Origin: Utricularia gibba
Taxonomy: Eukaryota; Plantae; Magnoliophyta
Assembly: GCA_002189035.1 (NCBI GenBank)
Contig: CM007990.1
Location: forward strand, 3,844,001 to 3,908,000
Reading direction: 5' to 3'
Length of the DNA stretch: 64,000 nucleotides
In this document: positions 38,314-54,506 of the stretch, piece after piece
Layout of the letters: every line of letters starts with the position of its first letter
Position numbering within the stretch: position 1 is the stretch's first letter
Program-made: the position numbers and the translations under genes
The notes under the pieces: model-generated
The model's input: the letters and a program-made list of their open reading frames with translations, nothing else
The model's database searches: none
Told to the model about the DNA's origin: nothing

Positions 38314-40977
38314 ATGATGGGATGCATATGTGTTAAAGGTGCGGGAGGTGAAGTAAAGAACCGAGGGCGATCAAGGAAATTCTTAAGCAGGCTATTTTCT
38401 TCATCACATAGTGAAAGTGCCCCTAAACAGGGAGCCAATGGAGATGATGAATCTAATTCATGGCTCATGCCTTCAGAGGCCATTGATAAGGACTCAGAAA
38501 CCATTTCTGATCCGTGTGACGAAGATGACAAGCAGCTCATTGTGTTTGATAGTCCTTTACATGCTAGACTGCAACGGTCTGTGACAATGGAACCAAGATT
38601 TCAAGGCAGTCAACTTCATATTTCTAGAGAGATGAACATCCGGAATGGATTAGACGGAGCATATGTTGTTGCAGGATGGCCATCTTGGCTGGCTGCCGTG
38701 GCTGGGGAGGCTATTCAAGGATGGTTTCCCCGAAAGTTCGAAGATTTTCAAAAATTGGAAAAAGTAAGGTTTGCAACTTACTCTTTTAGACTCTGAGATT
38801 ATGGATATTTAATGGTTTTCACTTATGGGCAAGTTGTCGCTGTTTGAAGGCCCTGTTTTTATGGGAAACATGCACAGTTAAGCAAACCTTCTGTTCTTCT
38901 GTGTATACACTCCTTCACAATTCCTACGCTGTTTTACCAGATTGGTCAAGGAACCTACAGCAGTGTGTACAAGGCGCGTGATTTTGAGACTGGAAAGATA
39001 GTTGCACTGAAAAAGGTGCGATTCTTCAATATGGATAAAGGAAGTGTCCGTTTCATGGCTCGGGAAATCCTTATTTTACGCAGGCTGGATCATCCAAATG
39101 TGATGAAGCTTGAAGGTCTTGTGACATCCAAAGTCTCAACCAACTTATATCTTGTGTTTGAGTACATGGAACATGATCTTTCTGGATTGTCTAGCTCTCC
39201 GTCTATTCGTTTTACAGAACCAGAGGTTTGAGTTTGTTGTGCTTTCGACAAAAACCAGCCTCCTCTACAGCTGCAAATTTGAGCTGTTCCTCTCTTGATT
39301 TCAGATCAAGTGCTACATGAAGCAGCTACTTCATGGGCTTGAACATTGTCACAGTCGTGGAGTCCTGCACCGTGATATCAAAGGTTCAAATCTTTTGCTA
39401 GATAACAATGGAAACTTAAAGATTGGTGACTTTAGTCTAGCAGCTGTTCTTGGTTCCAATCAAAAGAAGCCTCTGACTAGCCGTGTGGTAACTCTTTGGT
39501 ATCGTCCACCGGAGCTTCTGATTGGGGCTACAGATTATGGACCAGCAGTAGATTTGTGGAGTGCAGGCTGCATTCTAGCAGAACTATTCGCAAGGAAGCC
39601 CATTATGCCCGGAAGAACAGAGGTAAATAAATGAATATTCAGCTGTCTGTAAACTTGTAATTGATTGATTCATCTCGTAATAGTAGCTTGACTATGCATG
39701 CAGGTGGAACAGCTGCATAAGATCTTTAAGCTTTGCGGTTCACCCTCGGAGGAGTACTGGAAAAACTCCAAGTTACCCCATGCACCGATCTTCAAACCTC
39801 AGCAACGATATCAACGGCGAGTGGCTGCAGTGTTCAGTGACTTCCCGCATTCAGCTGTATCACTACTAGAATCTCTTCTTTCTTTTGAACCAGAGCTCAG
39901 GGGATCAGCATCATCTGCACTTCAAAGCGAGGTATGCAGGATGCGTACCAGTTACTGTTGCGTATGTTTTCCTCACATGGTGCCACTTTTAGTTCTTTCT
40001 AGCAGACCCTTTACCATGTGATCCATCTTTCTTGCCGAAATACTCTCCTTGTAAAAGATCAGATGCAACGGCACCACATGAGGAGCCCATAAGGTGCATT
40101 TCAAGTGATCATCATCATGCTTTATCCGACACCATCAATCTCCATGTTGCTGTAATGTTGCTTGGTGCTCCAGACAACAGGCACCCAACGGAGAAGGAGT
40201 TGGACATCAAAATGACTCGAATGAGTCCAATCACAACACACTACCTAATGCTAGTGCTGATTTGCAAGTTCCCTCACGGGTATGATTTACTTTTGCATCT
40301 TGAGTTTAGACAACGATGGCCATCATAGAAAAGAGAGATTCCACCATGTTATCACTGATCCCTTGACGTTCAGAGACTGAAGAGAAAGCTTACTACCATG
40401 AGTGAGGCTGAAGGGGATGATGGCTCTCGTCTCTCATCAAAGCATTGGAAGGGATCTCACCAAAGCCATCTTTCAATGCCGGATACTCATTTCCTCCACT
40501 CCTCTACACCTTCCAAGACATCGATGATCCTCGCGCTGCATGATTCTAAAAGAATGGCAGTGAGACAATCTCCATTCTCCTCATCAAATGTGGTTAGATC
40601 CAACGCTTTGGTCGTTTTTGGAGGAGACATAAGCTCTACTTCACGCAACCGTGAAGAGTTTTTCGATACAAGAAGCGATATCTGGGAAATGGCTGACATT
40701 CTTAGGCTGCCAGAATCGCCTTACAACCACAAACACATTCACTCAAGGGTGCCTTTGCTGGTATCATCTCCCGTTCTTCTTTACTACCCATGGAAAGATA
40801 TGCTTCAAATGTCTTGAAAGGTTTGGTCTGATTCAGGAGGATTATCTTGGAAGCAAACAACCTATTCGCCATTCGGGGCCCTTGCTCATGGGAAGCGTTG
40901 AGCAGATGATCAGAGAACATGAACAGAAGATCCAAATTGCTATACGGAAAGCTCATGCTGACAGCAGCAAAAATTAG
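38314..40977 (+). CDS. Cyclin-dependent-kinase-like Ser/Thr kinase (plant CDKL / At1g54610-IBS1-like family); ~8 exons
   Basis: MGCIC N-terminus (myristoylation/palmitoylation-type), AGWPSWLAAVAGEAIQGW, IGQGTYSSVYKARD, VALKKVRF, FMAREILILRRLDHPN, HRDIKGSNLL, DFS, LTSRVVTLWYRPPELL, C-terminal HSGPL...EHEQKIQIAIRKA. Confidence 0.92.
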
Positions 40978-42076
40978 ACCGTTCTGACGAAAATTAGCAC
41001 AGAGATCTCTTCCTTCAACATATACTCTTCTTTTCCTAAGTACAAAAAAAGATTTAATTTTACAATTTCCCCATTTTTAAAAATGATAAATTTAGCGAAT
41101 CATCACTACAATAATAATTAGTTTGCAATAAAATTCATCGTATTTAAAAATGTAAATTAACTTGGAATAAATCATATCAGGATTTAATTGACAATAATGT
41201 TATAATTTTTTTATTTACATAATATTTTGATCATAAATAGCATATGCAAAGATTTATTTGTGTTTTATTCATGAATTTGGAAGATTGATATGTAATAAAA
41301 TGTGTGACAATCGACAATATATGTTAATGTATAATCTTTTAAAGAATCAAAAAAAATTATGAATCAAGAGGTTTAAATGGTTCAAGCACAATTCTGCTCA
41401 TTTTTTAAACAATATTATATATATATATATATATTGAAATATTTATTGAATATGAGTAACAATAATACAATTAAGATAATTTTCTTAAAATTTTTGAAAC
41501 TTGATCATTCTACATTTGAAAAATATGCTAATCTTTAAAAATACCCATATGTTAGATTTCGAAGTGTTTCAAGTCTAGTCATTGAGTCAAATTCAACAAC
41601 TAGGCGTGATTCAATAGTGATTCAATTTTTAGTATAGAAAGATTTAAATTTAATTTAATATTTATTACAAGTGATATCTATTTTTTTAAAAAAATTAAAT
41701 AATTCAAATATAATTTAGTATGTATTTTAACCTCATATACTATTTTGTTAATAATAATATAATTCGATAATACAACCTTCAACTTAATCCAATAAACTTA
41801 TTCTTTGAATTATAAAGAGCTAATATTTCGAAACGACAGTCACCAAACGGCCCACGATACTGATACCTAATTTATATCGAATGCTCTCATCCAACGGTCG
41901 ATATTCAATCTGTTTCTTGTTAGCCAATCACTGAAGCCCTAGTAACGAATGGATGAATCTAGAACCGTCGAGTCGACGTGTCCCCTTGTCTTCGCTGCTT
42001 ATATCAGTGGCCGTGAACCTCATCATCGGGAACGCCAGGAGTTTTGCATACTCCACCGCTGTTGAATTCGACGGAA

Positions 42077-44876
<2,800 letters not shown>

Positions 44877-45711
44877 AGGGACATGGGCTGCTGTGATTGC
44901 TTTGGAACTACCCACAGACCAGTTTCAGCGGAGAGTTGCGACGAATAGTCTTCGGCAGAGGGCGTCACAATTTTTGCTTTACTTTCAGCAATGTAGCACG
45001 AGTTAGACTACGGCAAATGGCAATGATCTATCTCATTTTTATTTTCAATTCCACTTCATCATTTTATATTCTACAAATGTTTTTGTATATGACAATCTAA
45101 ATTTTCATTTTATATTTTTATTCAATTTTAATTTATATATTTCATATAATATTGGTTTACACTTTACATCATTTATTTATTATAATTTTTTTAAAAAAAA
45201 CTTTTAAATTCGTTTTATAATTATTGGAAAAGCCCCACCCAGTGATAAGTAGAAGAGGGTATGATTGAATTTTCAACAAGTACACTTTTGAAGAATGTAT
45301 ACTCGAAAAGAGTTAAAAATGAACCAGAAAAAAAAAACATGATCAACCTCACATTTATGACGTGTCCAACAAGAGGCTATTTTCTCATGCCGTCATGCTG
45401 CATCGGACCACATTGTAGAAATACTCATGTACACCTCATCCATGAGGCCATGGAGAAGGCATTTTAACATACCTAGCTAATGCACTCACCATCTCCATAA
45501 TGCGATAATTTTGAGTTTTTTATACCACCTTGTTTTTCTCAATTTAGAAACTTATGCCAGATTGAGAGAGGTATAATTCATCTTCAATAATCATATTGTA
45601 TAAAATTATATGAGTATATATTATATTCACTAATTTTTTATGTTCTCATACACTAGCGCATGAATAAATAATCATGTGTTTTTGGATTTTGGGAAGTATA
45701 ATTGTTTTCAC

Positions 45712-45895
45712 AAAAACATGCTATTTAGGGTAGATACCATATGCTAAATAGTATACATTGCTTTATCAAGAACTTAATTTACTCAAATTTAGGGAAGATA
45801 ATATCAAAAATATGCTATTTAGGGTAGATACCATATGTAGAAATAGGGTGTAAGATGCAAATAATACATTGAGATAATTATTCAAATTTAGGACT
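45712..45895. repeat. Degenerate tandem duplication (~95-bp period)
   Basis: GCTATTT(T)AGGGTAGATACCATATG and TCAAATTTAGG each occur twice, about 95 bp apart. Confidence 0.6.
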
Positions 45896-47709
45896 TGTTT
45901 GATAACCCACATAATAAATAATTGAATTCGAATTACATGGGATATTCGATAGATATGGTTTAGAAATTCTTCATACTTATTATAAGAAATACAAAGGATT
46001 ATGAAAAAGGAATTTTTAAAATATTAATTTATATATATGGTTTTATATAGTAATTTTTAATGTATAAATTAATATAAACACGGCTCCAATAGCTTTTATA
46101 TATATGGATTTGATATATGTAATCAATATTAAAATCTATTGGAGGCCTTGTTAGAATTTACCATGGTTTATATTAATTTGCATGGAGTCTTGTTATAGAT
46201 ATATATATATATATATATGTATATATAACAATTAATCTTATATCAAAAAATTATATTAAAATATTTAAATATATAAAGAAATAAAAAATTAATAATAATC
46301 AATTGAATCTATTTTTTTATAATATGGTTCACATTTTTTATCTATTTGAGTTTTATATGTACTTTTTGAATCTATTGGATTCTTTATTTCAATATGGTAT
46401 TAAAGCATTTGCCTAACAACATGACTTGAATGTCCAAAATTGATTTTTTATTGATTTGAGTTTTGATTAACAAAAAAACAATAGAAAGATGTATTGGGTT
46501 TATATGATAAAATTAAATTGATCTATGACTAGAACACTAATTACAATTATAAAAAAATAATTTTTAATTAAATCAAAAACAATTTGACTTGAGAATGATT
46601 ATTAAAATAAAAAATTCCACCTTAGAAAATTAAAGTAAAATGATTAATTATATAATAAATTACAGATAATTAATAATCAATTTATTTTAATATTTTTATA
46701 TAATTCACGTTTTTTATGTATTTGAATTACATGCATCAGTTTCATTGTATTCTAATATATTATAAATAAAAATTAGTTATTTTATTATATGAATGTGATA
46801 TTGTATATTAGAAAAAAAAAATAGTACTATTTAACAAATAATATAAAAAATAAGATTATGGTATCAATATTTATCAAATATCATTATTTTATAAATAAAA
46901 ATTTTGTAGAATACTATTTCACTAATTTGTCTTGAGAAAGCTGTTTCAGGGGCAATTTAAAAAACAAAACATATTGAAAACACAAAATATATTGAATTAT
47001 TTAATACAAAATTATTGTATTAAATAATTTTCTGAAACAACTAATTAATGCATATTGACGATAAAGTTATTTGGTTTTTTTAACAGAAAAGAAAGACAGA
47101 GATAATATGCTCCGACCATAAAGAAGAACCCTCCAGAAGGGTGGGCTGCCACCGGGGAACCTCTGAATTCTGAGACAACGGAACTTGCATTCACCCCTTT
47201 GTTGTTTGTTTCTCTCGCCGATCAATTTAGGGCGCCCACGACCTCCTTCCAATTCCACTTTCTTAGTGGCACTCTTGGGAGTTCACAGGATTGAAAGGTG
47301 GGGTTTTTTTGGCAGTTCTAAGGATTCGTATTGCTGTCTACTTTTCTGGGTTTTTGTTTGTTGTTGATCTTTTTTTGAAATTCTCTCATTGCATTTAAGT
47401 CTGTCTGTCCGTTGTTGGTGGTTTTACCTCTTCGAATTCTCTCAGCAATGTGGGATTATTCTGAAGAATGATCAATCTTTTCGTATGAGTTTCCGCTTCT
47501 GCTTTAAAGCCCCTTTAGAGGCAGAGCTATGATCTTCAGATCTTTCGTTTATTTAGCCTATAATTTCAAGTATCACCCGTGGAACGATCGCTTTTCATTT
47601 GACACTTTCGTTTATTTGGCCTATAATTTTTCAGTATAAACCGATCACCTTTTGCTTGGCTGTGTAGTCTGGTTTCCGGGATTTTCCCTGGCCCATTTGG
47701 GCTGAGTTG

Positions 47710-50033
47710 ATGGTACCAATGCCGCTCCAGGTCTCCGGTTCCTCAAAGGAAACAGATACGGTAGGTGGACATCGATCGGTTTAGCTATCATGTTATACAT
47801 CTTAAGAAAGTGTAGGGATGTTGGTTTTTGCTATTTGATGCAGTAAATTGTCTAATTCATATAGGTTAGAGATGAAAGCTCATCTGGCTTAGATTCCTCC
47901 ACATCTTCCAACGACAATGAAATGCCTGCAACAAAGGCTATTGATCAATCATCCCCAGTGGAGCCTAGAGAAATTCATCCTCCAACATCAAGCTCCAATG
48001 ACACTTGCCATCAAGGTGAAAGCTCAGCATTCCTTTCAACGATCTTTGTACGGAGTAATGACTATATTTAGTTTCAATCATGGCATGGCTTTTTGTTTCA
48101 TACAATGGCACTTCGTTATTTTTCTTGCAACATAATCCTTTTTAAATATGGCAGGGCACGAAGGAAGCAAACAGTTTGAAAACAAATGTTCTCCCGTTCC
48201 AGCGGATGATTGTTGCAAAGTGAATTTCTTCTTAGCTATCTTTCAGATGCCCCTAGTATTCTATGCACCATTTTCACTCCGATAGTTTATCTGTAATTTT
48301 TTGCGTTTGCTTATGCTCTACTAGGAGACTGCACCTGATAAAAGGAAGCCTTTGAACTACAAGCCACCACGTATGTATAGAATTCCAACTGGCGTGCATA
48401 AACTGAGTTGTTTTGATAGTGCCAATTTAAGTGGTTTAATATCTCGCGGTGGCCACTCTAAGAACCCAAACGAAAATAGAATGGTGAAGACAAATGTCAC
48501 TTCTTCTGGAAAAGCCTCCTCTTTGCCGACTCTGGTACATCATTTTCAGCCCCAAATGCCATTCAATACTGTGAACTGTGGTTGTGGATATTTGGTTCAA
48601 ATATGTCTATTTTTGGGTAACTTGTAGGCAGGGCCTGGTCTTGAAGATACCAGTATCAGGTTGGAGTCTGGTTCAAGTTCTGGTGTGCTGCTTACGAACA
48701 AACAGCGCCCCCCTACTCGTGCACCACAAGGCTCTTTAAGTTCTCAGTCAAATTTGAAGGACAGTTACAGGTATCCCGATCAAGGTGACAGAACTCCTGA
48801 ACAGGAACCGAATAGCTGTGCAAGCCGTAATCTTCCATTAATAAACAAAGAACGACATTCTTATGCACCACAAGATACTTCTTCTTCTGGGTCAAATGGC
48901 AATGTTATTGTTTCCAAAGAAAAACACAGATATCATAGTCAAGGACAAGGAGCTCCTGGTCAGGAGCCAAATCCTGGTTCAAGTTCTAATTTTCAGTTGC
49001 GGAATGAACCATGTCGTACTTATGCACAGTCAAATGGCAATGGTGTTGCCCTCAAGAACAACTACGGGTACCATAGTCAAGGACAATGGGGTCCTTGGCA
49101 GGACCGGAATCGTGGTCCAAGTTCTAGTACTCCGTTTGCAAGCAGAGAGCATTCTAGTGATGCACCTCAAGGCTCTTCAACTAATCAGTCAAATGGCAAT
49201 GGTGCTGTCTTCCAGGTCAAGTTCAGGTATCCTTATCAACGTCAAGGAGGTATTGGGCAAGAGCAAACTCGTGGTCCGAGGTTCTCCACTCTCAGTAACC
49301 CCTCGATCAGACGAGCAAATCTTGAAAAGGTGAAACACTCGATAAAATGTGACAAGTATAACTTGCCCGATTTTCAGACAGAATACAAGGATGCGAGGTT
49401 TTTCATCATCAAGTCCTTCGGCGAGGTTGATGTTCACAAGGCCATCAAATACCGTGTCTGGTCCAGCACTAAACTTGGCAACAACAAGCTAGATGCCGCA
49501 TTTCATGAAGCTTCTGAGGCCAAGTGCCCGATGTTCCTGTTCTTCTCAGTAAGCAGGAAAACCGTCCTGAATCCTTTCTTCACCATTTCAGCTCCCGGGT
49601 GTAACTGTAAAATATGATCGATTTTCTTTCAGGTGAATAGGAGTGGCCTGTATCTCGGTGTGGCAGAGATGGTGGGGCGGGTCGATTTCATCAAAAAGAT
49701 GCAGTTCTGGATGGGTGATTTGTGGGACGGGTTCTTCCCAGTTCAATGGCACATCATCAAAGATGTCCCCAGCACACTCTTCAGCCACATCATCCTCAAG
49801 AACAATGACAACAAATGTGTGAATCGCAGCAGAGACACTCAGGAGGTTGTCATTTTCTACTCCCATCTTCCACCATGTTTCTGGGACTTGAGCTCCCTCA
49901 TTCCTACTTGCTGCAGGTTGGATTGGAAGCAGGGCTGGAAATGCTGAACATATTCAAGAACTACTCAGAGGAAACGTCTCTGTTGGACGACTTCTGCTTC
50001 TATGAAGAGCGCGAGTCTTCAAGCAGAGGATAA
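47710..50033 (+). CDS. YTH-domain (YTHDF/ECT-type) m6A reader with repetitive N-terminal low-complexity region; ~7 coding exons
   Basis: ARFFIIKSFGEVDVHKAIKYRVWSST...FLFFS|VNRSG...AEMVGRVDF...FWMGDLWDGFFPVQWHIIKDVP...SRDTQE|...TSLLDDFCFYEERE. All three cage Trp positions are present. The 5' exons and start codon are less certain. Confidence 0.88.
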
Positions 50034-50602
50034 TGCCTGTAGAGCCAAGGCTGGTTTCTTAACACATTCTTAAAATAAAAATGTTTTCAGATAATTAGAA
50101 TGTAAATGACAACTCAAATGAGATAGTGTTTTGCAATTTTAAAAAGAGATAGAATAATGGGGAATATTTTATGTTATAGAATAGAAAATTACTTTCTAAT
50201 AATGTGCAAATGATAGTTTATATAAAGTTTCAAAAATGAAAAATTGAGAAAGGAATTTGAAGAAAAAAATGAAAAAAATAAAAAAATGACAAAATTGAAA
50301 TAAAAAATTATTCGAATGAAAATAAAATAACATCCATGTGCTATTTTTAGAATGAAAATGCATAATGATAATCAAGTAAATGTTGAATGCAGGTTGTGCA
50401 TTATAATTTTATCGTAATAAATTTTAAAATAATTAAATTCATAGTGTCACCGAGTGAATCCAATATACTTCTATACTATTGACAATATGTTAGAATCCTT
50501 TCTATTACACTCATTTGTCAAAATCCTCAATAATATTCAAATATTAGACTAAAATTTTGAAAATAATAATGTAATTTATAAAATGTTTATCCGAATATTA
50601 TA

Positions 50603-52016
50603 TGATGACACACATTTTTCCTAAATTTCAAAATACAAAATGGTTATATTTTATTATGGTTTAGGTTAGCTAAATGTGATTTTTCATGTTTTAGTGGTGT
50701 TTATGTTAATCTCATGTAATTATGTGAAAAGTGGACTAAATCCTTTAATTTAGTCCACAACTTTTGTTACTAATGTTTCAGTAAGTTCAGCAGGAAAATC
50801 ACCAGAAAATCAGACTTGCAAGCGTGTGAAACAAGGGAAAAAGGGCGCAAAATCCAGAGAAATACAAAGATCACTATTCTGCTGCCACCGCAGTCTGCAA
50901 GTTCAGGCTGGGAACATTGCTGGTGGGCCAGAACAGTACTGGCAGTCAGGAACAGTGCAATGGAGTGAAGCAACAGGGAAAATTATTTCGAAAAAGGAAG
51001 GGGAGCAAAAAAGAACTAGCAGGCAACTAGGGGTGGAGCACGTAGAGCACCCGAGAGGGCTTCTCCTCCAACTCCAACACGAAGAACATAAACCAGGGGA
51101 GAAGAAGAAGGACTTCACCCTCAAGAACAGCATCAGGTTCCCTGGCCGGAACAGTAGCAGACGAAAAACTGAATTCTTACTGCTTTACTTTAATTTGTTG
51201 ATGTTTTTAGTTTCTGCACGCAACTCTTTCACAATGTTCTTGACATTTTCGTTGTTTTATGTTAATGCTATCATGCTCAACCTTCAAAGTATGAGTAGCT
51301 AAAACCCTAGGGATGTCTTAAGGAAAAGCATGGTGATGTGGATTTAGGAGTCTTAGTAAAATTCATTATTGTTTCTTAGTTCTTGTTTCTATCATTCCAT
51401 AGGTAGACTTAAGGAGGGGAACAAGTAACTTCACAACTAAGAAGCTTGGTTTAGAGGTAGATCAACAAATCAAGGCGGGCACAGTTGGTGTTAGTCCGGG
51501 GTAGAACGAGTAGAACCGGATAGACCTAGTTCTATACACTTTGCATGCGGGTAGACCTAATTGTAAGGTTGGTGATGATATTGGAGACTAGCTTAGCCAA
51601 AAATATAACAAATAACCTGGGTAGACCTAGGTGATTTGAAGTTATGAGTGTAGGAACATGGTTATTTAACTTAGACATTTTAGCACCACACCACATGCAA
51701 ACCCTTAAGGCATCATCGTATTATTCTAAGTTAGAACCAATATCTGTCACTTTAGCGTTGAAACATGATATTGCTTACCTACCTTGTTTACTGAATTTGT
51801 TTACCACTGTTGGTCCGAGCTTGGACTAAGACCTACTGTTATCCGAAATCATGAGTTTACTAAAACACTTAGCAAGTACAAGCTCTTCGTGATTAACTCT
51901 GATATCCACTATACAAGTTTTCTAAATTGGTATTTTGTATAGATTAGGGATTATAAAGTTATTTGATACGAATTTTCTATTTTTATTTGCAACGATATAG
52001 GAATTTACGTTTATCA
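50603..52016 (+). mobile_element. Solo LTR, Athila-like Ty3/Gypsy
   Basis: TGAT...ATCA termini, near-identical 5-bp TSD TTATA (50598-50602) / TTACA (52017-52021), no PBS or internal coding sequence, 1414 bp. Confidence 0.75.
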
Positions 52017-52056
52017 TTACAATATTCAAATGATTTCTCTCTCAATATCAAATAAT

Positions 52057-52246
<190 letters not shown>

Positions 52247-54506
52247 GAAAAAATATATTAGTTGAAGAATCCCTATTTTTTGTATGTACTTACTAAACAA
52301 CTTTATTTTTTCTATAAATTATATGACATTGTATTTCATACAATGAAAACAACTCATTGTTAATATACATAATTCAAATATTAAATTCAACACATATATA
52401 TAAAATGAATTGAAGATCTCCATCACTAAAATATTAAGGAATCACACAAATCACTCGGGTCAAATACGATATTTTATCACATAGTCAAATTTGAATTATA
52501 ATAAATTTCATACTAAATAACGATTATGTATAAACGATGTCTATATATGTTTTGGATTGTTTTAAAATATTTAGAGACAGGTTCTCAATATATTTTAGAT
52601 TGTATCTGTACAAATGTCATTTATGACCAAAAGGTTACATCTTTTTTTAAAAAAACATACAAATGTCATTTATCCATTAGCGTCATCCTATATAAATACA
52701 CATCGTTTATTTATAATTAGCATTCTTATGTATAAAAAATAATGTTTGATCAATATTTTTAATTATAAAATTTAATAACAAAATAATTCATGTATAAAAA
52801 ATTAATTGCATGTTCAAAAATTTAAAAAGTTATATATTTATAAAAACTAATGTTTAGATGTTGCAGTAATATTCTTATAAAAATTGCAAGTGAATACTCA
52901 TAATATTTTCAATTATTAATTAATTATTTTTTAATCCTTAATATATTTTAGAATGAATTTTAATTTTATAAAAAATATAATTAAAAAAATTATACCCTCA
53001 ACCAACAAGTTTAAATAGTTAAACATAAACATGATAAAACTAAATGACGAATATGAATTTGTATATAAATTATGCCCGTATCCCTATTTATCATATGTAA
53101 GTTGCGTTTGTAATTTTGTTAGTTAGTCATATTTTATTTATATAATTTATTGGTCGAGAGTTCAATTCATTTTTATTTTAAGTTATATATTTTATAAAAT
53201 TAAAATAATTTGAAACTATTTGGGTTTCATGTCTAAGGTATATATGAATATGAGTTATATATAAATTATACTTGTGTGTTACTTTTGTTTATATTACCGT
53301 TTCGAGGTCAGCATGATGGATCTCTAACTCAAATACACATTGTTGAATATCTTTCATACAATTATTTATCACAATGTTCTTGAGGCATTTCAATTAAAAA
53401 TTTTGAGTCCATAATAAGGCACAAGATCAAACAAGATGATTGTTTCTATACATTAATTATGCTTTTGGCTAATGTGAGGATTGATGAGTTGTATGACTTA
53501 GAATTTATTCAAATTGTAGATGAATTATATGGTTCTCATCTATGAAACACGGAAACATGTCTCATGTGCCTCCCGCCATCATCACATATGAATGCAATGA
53601 AACAGTTTTCAATGCGAAGTGAAAACTAACCATTCTTATATATCCTCTCTTGCACATTAAAATTAAAATTTTATATATAGAATAGTTATTTTTTCATACA
53701 CAAAAATAATAGAATGGTTGCTTTTCAAAATCATCCCCAAATTGGATGCATAAACAAACTACCCTACAAAACAAGGTTTGTTTGGTTAATTCGAGCAGGA
53801 ATTACACGCAAATTGATTAGAACAACGCCCCTTCTCCATTCTTATTCATGGTGGTTTCTACAGGGGTTCCAGAGCGCTCACTTCCTTTTGGTGTCAAACT
53901 GATACCAAGCATGTATCAAACACACATTTTAGAGGCAGGTAGTAGTCATGCAGGAGGTGAGTGCTAGACTTTTGGTGCAGTTATCCTTAAATTGCACTTT
54001 CCCTGTCGTTGCTTTGTACTGAGAAAAACCAAAAAAAAAAAAAAAAAATCTAGAGAAGAGTTAGATTGGGCCACGATGGGGAGAGAGGCTACTGTTATGG
54101 GATTGCTGGTCTGTATGCTACTTCCATTTCGAGAATACTGCATGGTGGGATGGGCGAACTGAGTCATCTGTGTTGCAGTTAAAAAGGAGGATGCACCCCA
54201 TGTTTAGTCATGCTGCAACCTCATTGTTGAGCTCTATTACCACATCAGCCTGTACAGATGAATTCTTTCACAGTCACTCACATGACTAACTGATGAACTT
54301 GGCTACAGGAATGCATTCCACTCTTATCTTAATGAATCGGGATTCTGATGCTACAAATGAATGATTATGCTCCCCCTTCAATCTAGGAACACAGACCTGC
54401 AAAAGCCAAATCCTGCCAACACCAAAATTTGGGTGATGCATTCTGAATACAAGAAGCGCAATTTGGGTGATGCATTCTGGTTACAAGAATAAAAAGGCAC
54501 TACCGA

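Noticed and set aside
45400-45475. Minus-strand DVKNAFLHG-like Copia RT motif
   Set aside because: The match is ~60 bp, needs two indels and has no flanking RT motifs, which is too weak to list as a feature.
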